Shown: positions 24,822 to 35,582 of the stretch, piece by piece | Numbering within the stretch: the first letter of the stretch is position 1 | Layout: every line of letters starts with the position of its first letter | DNA from: Oculina patagonica | Taxonomy: Eukaryota | Length of the DNA: 64,000 nt | Reading direction: 5' to 3' | Assembly: GCF_052425735.1 (NCBI RefSeq) | Contig: NC_135766.1 | Location: 6,262,001 to 6,326,000 of the forward strand | The notes under the pieces: model-generated | Told to the model about the DNA's origin: nothing | Database searches by the model: none | The model's input: the letters and a program-made list of their open reading frames with translations, nothing else | Made by a program: the position numbers and the translations under genes

Positions 24822-27610
24822 ATGGTGTCTTTAATGCAATATAGAGCAGCAGTGGGGTTACATGACGTTCATTTGAAGGCCAAAGAATACTCGGATCGTA
24901 TGAAAGGGAAATTCTGGTCTATGCTGTTGTTTATGTTTTACCTGGAAGCGATATATCTGCCAACATTAAAAAGAGTAATCCGTTCATGGCAAATGGCTTA
25001 TTACGCTAGGCTTTGGTTTACACAAATTTGTCTTTATCGTTTCTATATTCCCTTGTTGATTCGACTTGCCAATGATGTTGAGATGAATCCTGGCCCTTTT
25101 TACGTTGTGAATTCGTCAAAAACTGTCACGGCTGACTATAATCAAGGTGATGTTGCACTGTTTGGAAGAAATGCTGGCAACCAATGCGTAGCGATGTGCC
25201 TAACTGCAGTTGTTTACAATTGTAAAAATAATGCATCGTGGTCAAGAGATCAGCTAAATGAAGTTTTGATTCAAGGCAATGTGCTTTATTCTCATATTAG
25301 CAAGTCAGTAGGGAAAGACAGATTGTTGCTATCTGAGATTCCATCTGCATTGTCCATAAATGACGAAAACTTTTCCATTAATTTTAGCAGCAGTTTTGCT
25401 GGCGATTTACACATGTCTGATGTAAGAGACTGTTTTTTCCCATTGCAACATGTACTAAATATGTTAATAAAAGACTATGATGCCTTTCTGTTGACTGTTG
25501 AAATCAATACGGTTGCTATTATTATTGACAACAAAGGTAATTATAGAATTTTTGATTCTCATTCACGAGATATCCATGGTAACATTGCTGCAAATGGAAC
25601 AGCAGTACTGTTGGAATTTACTAGTGTACAGGAAATGGTGCAGTATCTGCAAAACTTCTACAGAGAAAAGAATGTAGTGCCATTTGAAGTGTTGGGTATG
25701 AAAGTTGAAAATTTATCAGTTAATCAAAATTGCAGGTACACAAGTTCTAGTGCTCTAAGTGTACCATTTTCTACAACAGATAACACTGTAGGGTGCCAGG
25801 GATCATGCAGTCAAAGTCAATGTCACAATTTTGAATCAGACATAAGAAAAGAAAATGTAGTTAACAATAGCAGAAAGAGAAAACAAGCACAATCAGAAGA
25901 ACACAAAGAAAGCTTGCTGATGTTTAGAGAAAAGAAAACTGCAAGGAAAGAAGCTGAAACATGTGGTGAAAGGAACAATATGTCACAAATGTATAGAGAA
26001 CAGTATGATAGAAAAAAAGCAATTGAAACCAAAGAGCAGAGAGAAAATAGGTTAAGAAAGCCCAAGGAACAAAGAATTAAAAAAAAGAAAATTGAGAGCA
26101 AAGAACAAAGAGAGGATAAATTAAAGAAGCATCGAGAACTAATGAGAAAAAGACGAGAAACTGAAACCGAACAGCAGAGAGAAAATAGGTTGAAAGAGAG
26201 AAGAGAACGATATAGGAAAAGCAAGGAAACTGAAACTAAACAGCAGAGAGAAAATAGGTTGCAAGAGAGAAGAGAACGATATAGGAAAAGCAAGGAAACT
26301 GAAACCAAAGAGCAACGAGAAAAAAGATTAAAGACAAAAAGGGAATTAAAACAAAGAGTAAAGGAAACTGAAACTAAACAACAAAAAGAGGAGAGGTCGA
26401 TTAAAAGAAGAGAAGCTTACAAGGCCAAAAAGGGTTGTGATAATGACAAAACACAAAAATCTTGTGATGAATTGGTTGTTATTTTTCGTGAACTGGTTGC
26501 TTCAGGGCCAACGTTTGTTTGCACATGTTGTGAGCAGTTATGGTACAAACATAGTCTTGTCAGAACTGATACTGTACTAAAACTTAATAACGAAGCTGTA
26601 TTAAGATGCATAAGAAAAGATGAACAGTGTTGTACAGCTCAATGGGTTTGTCATACATGTTATAATCACCTGAAGCAGAATAAAGTGCCTCCATGTGCAG
26701 TCCAGAATAAAATGAGTTTTCCACATAAACCTGACCATTTAGACTTAACAGAACTAGAGTGGAGGCTTGTATCACCACGATTGATCTTTCAAAAGATACA
26801 CGAAGCAGCTAGGGGAAAGCAATATAAAATTCATGGCAACATAGTGAATGTTCCTGCTGATGTTGTTAATACTGTGAATATCTTACCAAGACTATCAACT
26901 GAAACAGACACTATCAAAGTGCAGCTTAAGAGAAAATTAAAATACAAGAACTATGTCCTGTCTCAAAACATAAGACCATCCAAAGTTTTTGAAGCAGCTA
27001 AGTGGTTGACTGAAAATGGTGCACTTTACAAGAAAGAAAGTATCAAACTGGACCCAGATTGGAATGGTTTGTTTGCAGGGTCTAATGAAAATGACATGTC
27101 AAATGATAGTGCTTGCAGCAGTTCAAGCAACCTTACAGAAAACAATACACCTATAGCTTCAATTAAGTCACTGAATACCACTGTGCAATCTTTTTCAGAA
27201 CACAGTCGATTGCTTTCATTTCAATTTGGTAAAGTTTTTATTTGCCTTGACTGTGAACAAGTTTTAATAGACTCAATGAATTTAGAAAATCATCTTTTGT
27301 ATGATCATGGAGTAGAAACTGATACTGAGTGTTGTGAGGAGAGTAACTATATTCCATTTTTTCATAAAAATGACTGTAATAGTAATGAAGTGGTTTTCTT
27401 TTGTTCTTTGTGTAGTGCCTGGGAAAAAGAGCAATCACTTTTTAGTGAACACATGGCCATTGTACATGATCTACCACCAATGGAAGATGATGCATCCTCT
27501 CAATTCAGTGAAGCAACAGCTAATGTAAGTACTTCCGTTGTGGTCAAACTGTTCAGATATAAAATGCTTGATCCCAAAAATGTTGTTCTTGTAGAAACAT
27601 GTTTGAAAGG
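24822..27610 (+). pseudogene. Helentron polyprotein N-terminal part: leader, 2A motif, C76-like cysteine protease, STPR-like repeats, Cys-rich (DUF6570-like) domain, two C2H2 fingers
   Basis: ORF 24822-27659 contains DVEMNPGP; NQGD...GNQCVAMC...FDSHSR; ETETEQQRENRLKERRERYRKSK 23-aa repeats; CTCC...CHTC...GNIVNVP; interrupted by a MITE at 27611. Confidence 0.9.
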
Positions 27611-28571
27611 CAGGGTCCGAAATTGCGCCTTCCTGGTCGCCAATGCGACTAAATATTGAGAGCTGGCGACCAGAATTTCACAACTGATCGCCCACTGGCG
27701 ACTAAGTTGCTTTGTAAGAGTATTCAGAGAAATTGATTAAAAATAAAATTCGGAGCCGTTTTTTAACAATTTATTGACTCACTTTTTATCTTAGTGATGT
27801 CCTTGAGATAACACTGAAGTAAATTTCTCGCTACATAATGTATAAACTCCCCAACAGCTCAGCCAACAGCTGCGATCAACGCGATTCGAACATTGCAAGC
27901 CGCCATGTTGTTTTCCTCAGCGGTTTTCCCCATGACACTATTGCGGGCGCGCCCAGACATGTGCTTTCTTTCGCATGCAATGGTCTATGCAATGAATATT
28001 CATTCTGGCGATGTCATGTCCGCGGACACGCTGAAATATTTCCATCATTTACTTGAAACTGGTAAGGCTACAGATGCAAAAAACTTTGTGGAAGATTTAG
28101 ATATTTCCAATTACATGCCAGGCTACTAAGCTACGACGTTCCACGAACGCAACACGTTCTTGTTGTCACTGTGTTGAATGAAAAACTACCTGTCGAAATA
28201 TGTCAGAAAGTTGGTGGAAATGATGTTTTTTATATTATTAAAGAGCGGAATGTTTGGGTAAGACTGTAAAGTATTTTCCGTTTAAATGTTAGAGAGTTAA
28301 CATTCGATAAAGAAGACTTTTTAAGACTCTACTTATAGGCGGGTACAGCATTTCTTTGAGTGATTGTCATCGTTGTTTTGTGGTATAAGTAAGCTGTTTT
28401 TGAGCATATGAATGGCCAAAAATACACAAGAAGAACAAGTGTTTCGTCTTTTAAGTGTAAAAGGAAAGTCAATCGAAAAACATTGGCGACCTGAAGTTGC
28501 CATCTGGCGACTAAAACTTTCGGTCCGGTCGCCAGGTGGCGCCGATGTAAAAAATTTAATTTCGGACCCTG
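27611..28571. mobile_element. 961-bp non-autonomous TIR element with 5-bp TSD (hAT5-like)
   Basis: aaagg|CAGGGTCCGAAATT...AATTTCGGACCCTG|aaagg; subterminal GTCGCC/GGCGAC motifs. Confidence 0.92.
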
Positions 28572-28734
28572 AAAGGGTATGGATTAGCAAACACTATTTC
28601 TCTTAAAGCGTTAGTAGGTATACCAGTAACTTTGAATGTATCAAGATGCTCATCTAGTGCAACAGATGTGCATTTATCTAGTAGAGATCTTTGTAAGGAT
28701 TCCTGTCCAACTGAAATGGAGGTAAATGACCCTT

Positions 28735-28952
28735 CAACCCTCCAAGTTTATTTTTTTCCTTAGTGGCCATTTGGCCACCAACTACTCAAGTTTGGTCGCC
28801 AGTGAAAAATTTTAGTCACCAAATTAAGCTGATGCTTTCAATCTTTCCTCCCAATTTTAGTCGCCAGGCTGGCGACCTTGGTTCAAATTTAGTCGCCAGC
28901 TCCAAAATTTTGGTCGCCATGGCGACTAAAATGGTCTTAACTTGGAGGGTTG
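28735..28952. mobile_element. 218-bp MITE with 5-bp TSD
   Basis: ccctt|CAACCCTCCAAGTT...AACTTGGAGGGTTG|ccctt; excision restores ...VNDPWNEVDE. Confidence 0.92.
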
Positions 28953-30348
28953 CCCTTGGAATGAAGTGGATGAATCTGAAATGTGTGCTGGTACTTTGGA
29001 CACAATGTTAACATCCCCGGACTTTGTAGAAGATTGTGAACGTGAAAAGGTTTTGAACTTTGCACCAGGTGAAAGCAATCATCCAATTAGTATTTTCAAA
29101 GACCAATATTGCGAAGAGCTAGCATATCCTGGTATATTCTGTGGTCACGCAAGAGCAGATAATAAGGAAAGAAATGTACCTGTGTATTATAGTGACATTT
29201 GCAAATCAGAGTTAAGGCGTTCTGATCGTAGAGTTGCTCAGTGTATGGAAAATATTTTCTTTAAACTGAAAAAGCTGCAAATGAAAATAATTTTAGGCAA
29301 GTGCCAGATTGCATTGCGAAAGCATAAAACAAATGGAAAGAGACTAACAGCAGGCGAGTTAAAAAAAGAAGGTGCTTTAGACAAATTAGTTCATTTGAAT
29401 GAAGGGTACCGATTTCTAAGAGCTCTTCGTGGTTCCCCACCATACTTTGAGAAGTCTAAGAGAGATCTATTTGCCATGATAAGGCAACTTGGATCTGCGA
29501 CACTTTTTTGTAGCTTTTCTGCAGCTGAAACAAAGTGGAATCATCTGTTAAGAATGTTAGGTGAATTAATTGATCACCAAGTATACAGAGATGATGAATT
29601 AAATGCCTTGTCATGGGAGGAAAAGTCAAGGTTAATTCAAAGTGATCCCGTCACATGTGCAAGGCATTTTGATTTCCAAGTTCAGCAACTAATTGTAAAA
29701 TTTTTGCAAAGTGATTGTGCACCACTGGGGAAAATAGCAGATTGGTTTTATCGAGTTGAATTTCAACAACGTGGCTCGCCACACATTCATATGCTTTTAT
29801 GGATTGAAGGTGCACCAAAGTTTGGTGAAGATTCAGACGAAAAAGTTTGTGAATTTGTTGATAAAATCATTTCTTGTTCAAAACCTGCAAGTGGCTGTGA
29901 ACTAGATGAATTAGTTTCTCGTCAAGAACATAAACATTCATTTACCTGTAAAAAGAAGTTTCAAAAACAGTGCAGATTTAATTTTCCTCAGCCTCCAATG
30001 AAAAGCACTCAAATATTGTATCCTTTAAGTGACATTGAGAATACAAGTCTTTTGAATCAACACAAGGCTACTTGGAAAGAAATCAATGAAAAACTTAATA
30101 CTATGAGGGAAGGAGAGAATATTTCATTTGAAAAACTTCTTAATGAACTTGCGGTCGCTGAAGAAGAATATATTCTGGCTATTCGATCTTCCCTAAGTAG
30201 GGCAACAATTTTTTTGAAACGAAAGCCAAACGAACTTCGAATCAATAATTATAACAAGCACTGCTTGCTTGCATGGAGAGCAAACATGGATGTCCAATTT
30301 ATCCTAGATATCTACTCTTGTGCAACATATGTTGTTTCTTACGTATAA
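28953..30348 (+). pseudogene. Helentron HUH Rep domain
   Basis: LFAMIRQLGSATLFCSFSAAE, FYRVEFQQRGSPHIHMLLW (HUH), YSCATYVVSYV*K (Y2 motif broken by in-frame TAA at 30346-30348). Confidence 0.95.
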
Positions 30349-30363
30349 AAGGCACAGAGAGGT

Positions 30364-33300
30364 ATGAGTGAACTTTTGAGAAAAGCATGTGAGGAAGCTC
30401 GAGAAGGAAATTTGAGTATTAAACAGCAAGTGCGTGACATCGGTAACAAATTCTTAAACAATGTTGAAATAAGTGCACAAGAGGCGGTATATATCGTACT
30501 TCAGTTACCAATGCGACGCTCCTCTCGTGAAGTGGTGTTTATCAATACAGCTTTACCAGATGAAAGAGTGTGTCTTTTGAAATCGATGGATGACATACAG
30601 CAGCTAGAAGATGAGTCTGAAGATATTGAATCAGGTGGCTTGATAAAAAGGTATACTAAAAGGCCATCTTGTCTAGAGAATGTGACATTAGCTGATTGGG
30701 CCGCTTGGTATGACAATAGGAATTCAAACCTTAAAAATCTACAAAAATCCAAAAATACTGATGTTGATGGTTTGCCATTAGAAATATTTGATGATGATAA
30801 CAATGAAGATGATGTTGGTAAAGACATTACTGATACATGTAGCAATGAGCTGACATCAAAGAAGGGCAAAAAAGAACCTCAGAAGCGGTCAAAAGCTAGG
30901 GTAATAAGAAGTGTATGGTTTAATAGAGAAAGTCATCCTGAAAAGCACTATCGTGAGCTGCTAATGTTATTTACTGCTTGGAGAGATGAAAATACTGATT
31001 TGCTAGGAGACTGTGAGAATTACATGGAGAGGTGTCAGATATTGAAAAAACAGATAAATGACCAAATGGCTCAGTATGCACCATGTAGTGAACAACTAGA
31101 GCAAGCATTAGATGATGTACAAACTATAGAAAGCACTGATGATATGTGGGATTGTGTAGCTCCAAACACACAACATGTAGAACTGAGTCACCTTGCAGAA
31201 AATGAATGTCAACATGTATGCAACACAGACGAAGTAGGGAACTATGATCTTTCTGGAGATCTGGGAATTCCTGCTAGTACTACTAGTAATTATGAACATA
31301 ATATCTCATTTGATGAATTGCCAGATGAAGAGTATAGGGAAGCTGTTCGTTCTCTAAATGTCGAGCAGTTAAATTTTTTCTACCATGTTTTACACCTTGT
31401 GAAGACAACCAGTGAACCCTTCTATTTGTTTCTTTCTGGTGGCGCTGGAGTTGGAAAATCTCACTTGACTAAAGTACTGTTTCAAGCAGTTTACAAATAT
31501 TTAAACACAAGAGCTGGTGTTGATTTTCATCAAATTACAGCTATTCTAGTTGCTCCGACTGGTAAAGCTGCCTATAATATTCAAGGAAGTACAATCCATA
31601 CAGCATTAGCAGTGCCAGCAAACCAGTCCTTAAAGATTTATAAGAAGCTTGATGCCAGTCGTTTGAATTCCTTGAGATGTAAATTTGCTGGTTTGAAGAT
31701 AATTTTCATTGATGAAGTATCAATGGTAGGAAATTCCATGTTTAATATTCAAATTAACAAAAGACTCCAAGATATCATAGGTACAGATAATGATTTTGGA
31801 GGAGTGAGTATTATAGCAGTTGGAGATTTGTTTCAACTTCAACCAGTATTTGATGGCTATGTTTTTGAAGATTTGGAGAATGATTATGCTCCTTTAGCAG
31901 CTAATCTGTGGCAGAAACATTTTCAGATGTTTGAATTACATGAAATTATGCGTCAAAGAGAGAGTTGCGAGTTTGCAGAAATTCTTAACCGGCTGCGTGA
32001 GGGTATTCACACTGAGAATGACTTGAATATACTGAGAGCAAGAATCGTTGAAGATCCTGATCAGAACTATCTCAGACATGCTCCCCACCTATTCATTCAA
32101 AATGACAGAGTTGATGAGTTTAACAAGTCAGTTTATAATTCTGCAGCTGGCAGAAAATTTATTGTCAAGGCAGTTGATAGTGTCATTGGTGCTCAGTCTG
32201 AGGAATTAAAGGCACGGCTATTGAAACAGGTTCCAGATGATCCACGAAAAACTATGCAATTAGCAGCCTGTCTTGCAATTGCAGAAAATGAAAGGATTGA
32301 GGTCTGTCAAAACATCAGATTGGATGATGGTCTTACGAATGGTAGTGCAGGTTTAGTGAGATTTATTAGTCTGCTAAATTCTGATTGTCCTGATGGAATT
32401 GTTTGGGTTGAATTTGATCATGCTAAAGTTGGAGAGAAAACTCGGAATGAAAATAGAAGCCTTTACAGTGATAATATCCAGCAGAGTTGGACACCAATAA
32501 AACCTGTTTGTGTAACATTTTTTGTAGGAAGAGGTAAAGCTGCTCAGATCGTTCGAAAACAATTTCCTTTACGGCAATCTGCAGGAAAAACTATTCACCG
32601 TTCTCAGGGTGACACTGAAACCAAGGTTGTAGTTGATCTTACTTCAAGAAGAGCTATTCCTCACATTCATTATGTTGCATTAAGCAGAGTTACTACCATT
32701 GATGGATTGCATATAAAGAATCTCAATGAAAAAAAGATAACTGTGAGTAACAAAGTTAAGAATGAAATGCAGAGATTGCGAACAGCAGCTTATCTTCAGC
32801 CGTCTATAATATCCCTTGCAGACATTGGTGAGAATTTTGTCAAGATAGTCTTTCTTAATGCACGTTCTCTTCACAAGCACATATCAGATGTGAAAAATGA
32901 TTTCAATGTTAAGGCAGCAGATATAAATATCTTTGTTGAAACTAGATTGTGGGTGTTTGACCAAAATGACGAATTTGAAATTAATGACTTCTCCTTGTTT
33001 AGAAACGATGCATTGTTTGATAGGCAGTTGCATACACAAAGACCATTCTATGGAACTGCAGTTTATACCAGAGCTCAGTGTTATGATGAATATCCTAAAT
33101 GTCAAAATATGCATGGAGTTGAAATAACAATTATTAAAGTTGAATGTCTGCCAGATGTTGTTATTGCTGGCATTTATAGATCACCAAAAGTGCCAATGAG
33201 ACATTTGCTTCAAGCATTGAGAGAACTTCATTCCATTATGTCAACAGAACGTTTTCATATAATACTTGGTGATTTTAACATTGATTTTAATGATGGTGTA

Positions 33301-33495
33301 CAAAACAGCAGTATACATAATCAAATGATTGTAACATATGGATATAAACAACTTATTTCAAGCTTTACCACTGATAACAGAACTACAATTGATCACATTT
33401 ATACAAATCTAAATGAATCAAGAGTCCAAACTGGTGTTCTCGAGACATACTTTAGTGACCATAAAGCTGTGTGGATAGCAACCAAAAAAGAGTAG
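30364..33495 (+). CDS. Helentron PIF1 (SF1B) helicase plus C-terminal APE endonuclease
   Basis: GGAGVGKS, APTGKAA, IIFIDEVSMV, GDLFQLQPV, TIHRSQG, YVALSR; then LNARSL, ETRL, IYRSP, GDFN, TIDHIYT, SDH. Confidence 0.96.
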   Translation: MSELLRKACEEAREGNLSIKQQVRDIGNKFLNNVEISAQEAVYIVLQLPMRRSSREVVFINTALPDERVCLLKSMDDIQQLEDESEDIESGGLIKRYTKRPSCLENVTLADWAAWYDNRNSNLKNLQKSKNTDVDGLPLEIFDDDNNEDDVGKDITDTCSNELTSKKGKKEPQKRSKARVIRSVWFNRESHPEKHYRELLMLFTAWRDENTDLLGDCENYMERCQILKKQINDQMAQYAPCSEQLEQALDDVQTIESTDDMWDCVAPNTQHVELSHLAENECQHVCNTDEVGNYDLSGDLGIPASTTSNYEHNISFDELPDEEYREAVRSLNVEQLNFFYHVLHLVKTTSEPFYLFLSGGAGVGKSHLTKVLFQAVYKYLNTRAGVDFHQITAILVAPTGKAAYNIQGSTIHTALAVPANQSLKIYKKLDASRLNSLRCKFAGLKIIFIDEVSMVGNSMFNIQINKRLQDIIGTDNDFGGVSIIAVGDLFQLQPVFDGYVFEDLENDYAPLAANLWQKHFQMFELHEIMRQRESCEFAEILNRLREGIHTENDLNILRARIVEDPDQNYLRHAPHLFIQNDRVDEFNKSVYNSAAGRKFIVKAVDSVIGAQSEELKARLLKQVPDDPRKTMQLAACLAIAENERIEVCQNIRLDDGLTNGSAGLVRFISLLNSDCPDGIVWVEFDHAKVGEKTRNENRSLYSDNIQQSWTPIKPVCVTFFVGRGKAAQIVRKQFPLRQSAGKTIHRSQGDTETKVVVDLTSRRAIPHIHYVALSRVTTIDGLHIKNLNEKKITVSNKVKNEMQRLRTAAYLQPSIISLADIGENFVKIVFLNARSLHKHISDVKNDFNVKAADINIFVETRLWVFDQNDEFEINDFSLFRNDALFDRQLHTQRPFYGTAVYTRAQCYDEYPKCQNMHGVEITIIKVECLPDVVIAGIYRSPKVPMRHLLQALRELHSIMSTERFHIILGDFNIDFNDGVQNSSIHNQMIVTYGYKQLISSFTTDNRTTIDHIYTNLNESRVQTGVLETYFSDHKAVWIATKKE

Positions 33496-34065
33496 AAACA
33501 TGTACATTTTTGTAGGCTATAATGACTAGTAAATGATTAACCTTTTATGCCCCATCATCCACATACAAATTCTCCTGACTGATCTCCATACATTTTCGTA
33601 TAGCAATTGTTTGGAGAATTTGTTAAAAGTTCAAAGCAATTTCCCTTTGGTGACCATTTTATTACAGTGTAATTCTCCTAACCTCTTCTCTTAATTTAGT
33701 ATTGACATTGTGAGGAGAAATTTGTAATGATCACTATTAGGTCTTAAGGAAGCATAAATTACATGTAAAGTATGTGTTTCAGAAAGAAAGAAAATTTAAA
33801 TGAATTTAGTATCTACTTGTGTTACATTTTAAGGTGTTGTAGTTCATCAGCCTTGGTGTCTAAATAAATTTGTGTAACGGCTCCTTTGAGTCCCTTGTGA
33901 CCATTTGGGTCACACACCCCTCCTTGTGACCCTTTGGGTCACAAACCCACCATATTGCAACTGTACTTATTAGGTAAGTATACGAACAGTACACAATGTA
34001 GTTATTTGTTGTTCTGGTCCATGTAATTACACATGTATGTTAATAATGATCGATGTGACATCTAA

Positions 34066-34247
34066 CAGGGATGTTGCTAAGAAAACACTAAGCCGGCTCA
34101 TCAACAAGCCAGTTGGCTTTTATGGCCTTCGTAGCACTAAAAGTTTATCTAAGTCTTGGTTTTCATGTGAAATTTCAGCTGTATTTACCATAAGTAGTCT
34201 TTTAACCGGTGAAATTGGCTGGCAGCCGGCCGTTAGCGACATCCCTG
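34066..34247. mobile_element. Small CAGGG-ended MITE in the Helentron 3' region
   Basis: CAGGGATGTTGCTAA / TTAGCGACATCCCTG; catcta on both flanks. Confidence 0.75.
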
Positions 34248-35582
34248 CATCTACATGTACACGTAGTCGTGATATGTAAGTTACCGGTATAAATACATGT
34301 ATGTTACCTCATAATATTGCACGTGCATTGTATTAGTTATTGTTAAAAAATTATTAATATTTTTAATTATTTTTTTTCTTTTATTATGTTTACAGAACAG
34401 AAATGTAAAACAACAAGAAAATGCACAAGATACAGTCTTCAGAGAATCCACTGATTGCCATGTTATGTCCAACACTTTCAATCTACATTATTATCTACAG
34501 ATATTGAAACAACACACAGCAACAACCATGTAGCGGTAACATTCAAGTTGAAAAGAAACTGTGTTAAACATCTCCGGATTCACCAATGAAAAGACCCTTC
34601 AATCGGAGGTCTTCACTGGCTCACCACTGTATCAACTTTACTTCCTGGAGTCCACTTGTACTGTATGTGTGTATCACCTCCAAATGATAACATATCTTAT
34701 TGGACTGTATATCTTGCATCACAGATTGTACAGTCAGTGTAGACAACTTTCAGCAGCATTTAAACAAGAGTACATCAAGATACTGTATCAACCTTACTTG
34801 CTGGACTTCACTTGTAGTGTCGTATTACCTCTAAAATGTAGTAACAATGTTTTGGACTTATTGGTCTTATCCTGCATCACAGATTGTATAGTCAGTGAAG
34901 ACAAATATCAGCTGCATTTAAACAAGAGTTAATCAAGATGCATTATTTCAAGACAGTATTTTTCTGCCAAAGTTGTAACAGCTTCCTGGCTTTCTAGTAC
35001 AGTTGCATACTATGTTGCATTCCATGTAACAAAGTGACAATGAAAGACATTTAGTTAGCATGGTTCAAGTTTAAATGTCAATTTTGTGATCAAAGTAGCT
35101 CAATATTTGCGTTTTTTTTAAATTGGTTAGAAACTAACCTTACCTTGGGATGCACAACTTAATAAAAAATACCATCCAAAGGAAATTATTGTAAAATTTT
35201 ATTTACTTGACAAACTCCTTTCCCCCTTTTATAGCAAATGAGTCAGTCTCTAAACTATCAACTTTAATCAACGATGTCTATTTCAGTGTTTAATTACTTG
35301 GATATCTTTTGCTTTTTGGGCTCACATTTTCACTCACAACAATAGACCTTTTTAGCTTTGTGTGTCAATTGCCCATCACAAATCACACGATGCTCCCTAG
35401 AGAATTTCCTTTTAACTCTCTGAATATCGTGAAGTAATTCTCAAGGGTAACATCACATAGTCAGAAATGGGACAACAAACAAACAAAGCCCAAAAGGTCT
35501 ATTCCCAGTCTGTCTGGGCTTCAAACATACTGACTTGCTATACTGAAACGTCACCGCCTTTGCATGCATTGCGTGCCGGTTA

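Larger units (their letters stand above)
23136..35582 (+). mobile_element. Helentron (Helitron2), ~12.4 kb, both termini visible
   Basis: Inserted in a T-run of the L2 ORF without TSD; subterminal inverted repeat AGGCGGTGACG (23138-23148) / CGTCACCGCCT (35549-35559); 3' hairpin GCATGCA-T-TGCGTGC (35562-35576); encodes Rep, PIF1 and APE. Confidence 0.93.

Noticed and set aside
25823-26308. 161-aa hydrophobic antisense ORF
   Set aside because: Shadow of the purine-rich 69-bp repeat on the + strand.
30364-33495. Host PIF1 helicase gene
   Set aside because: Intronless, in frame with HUH Rep, fused to APE and enclosed by Helentron termini.
24822-33495. Endogenous herpesvirus or other virus (2A plus tegument-like protease)
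   Set aside because: No capsid, terminase or polymerase genes; termini and Rep-helicase are those of a Helentron.
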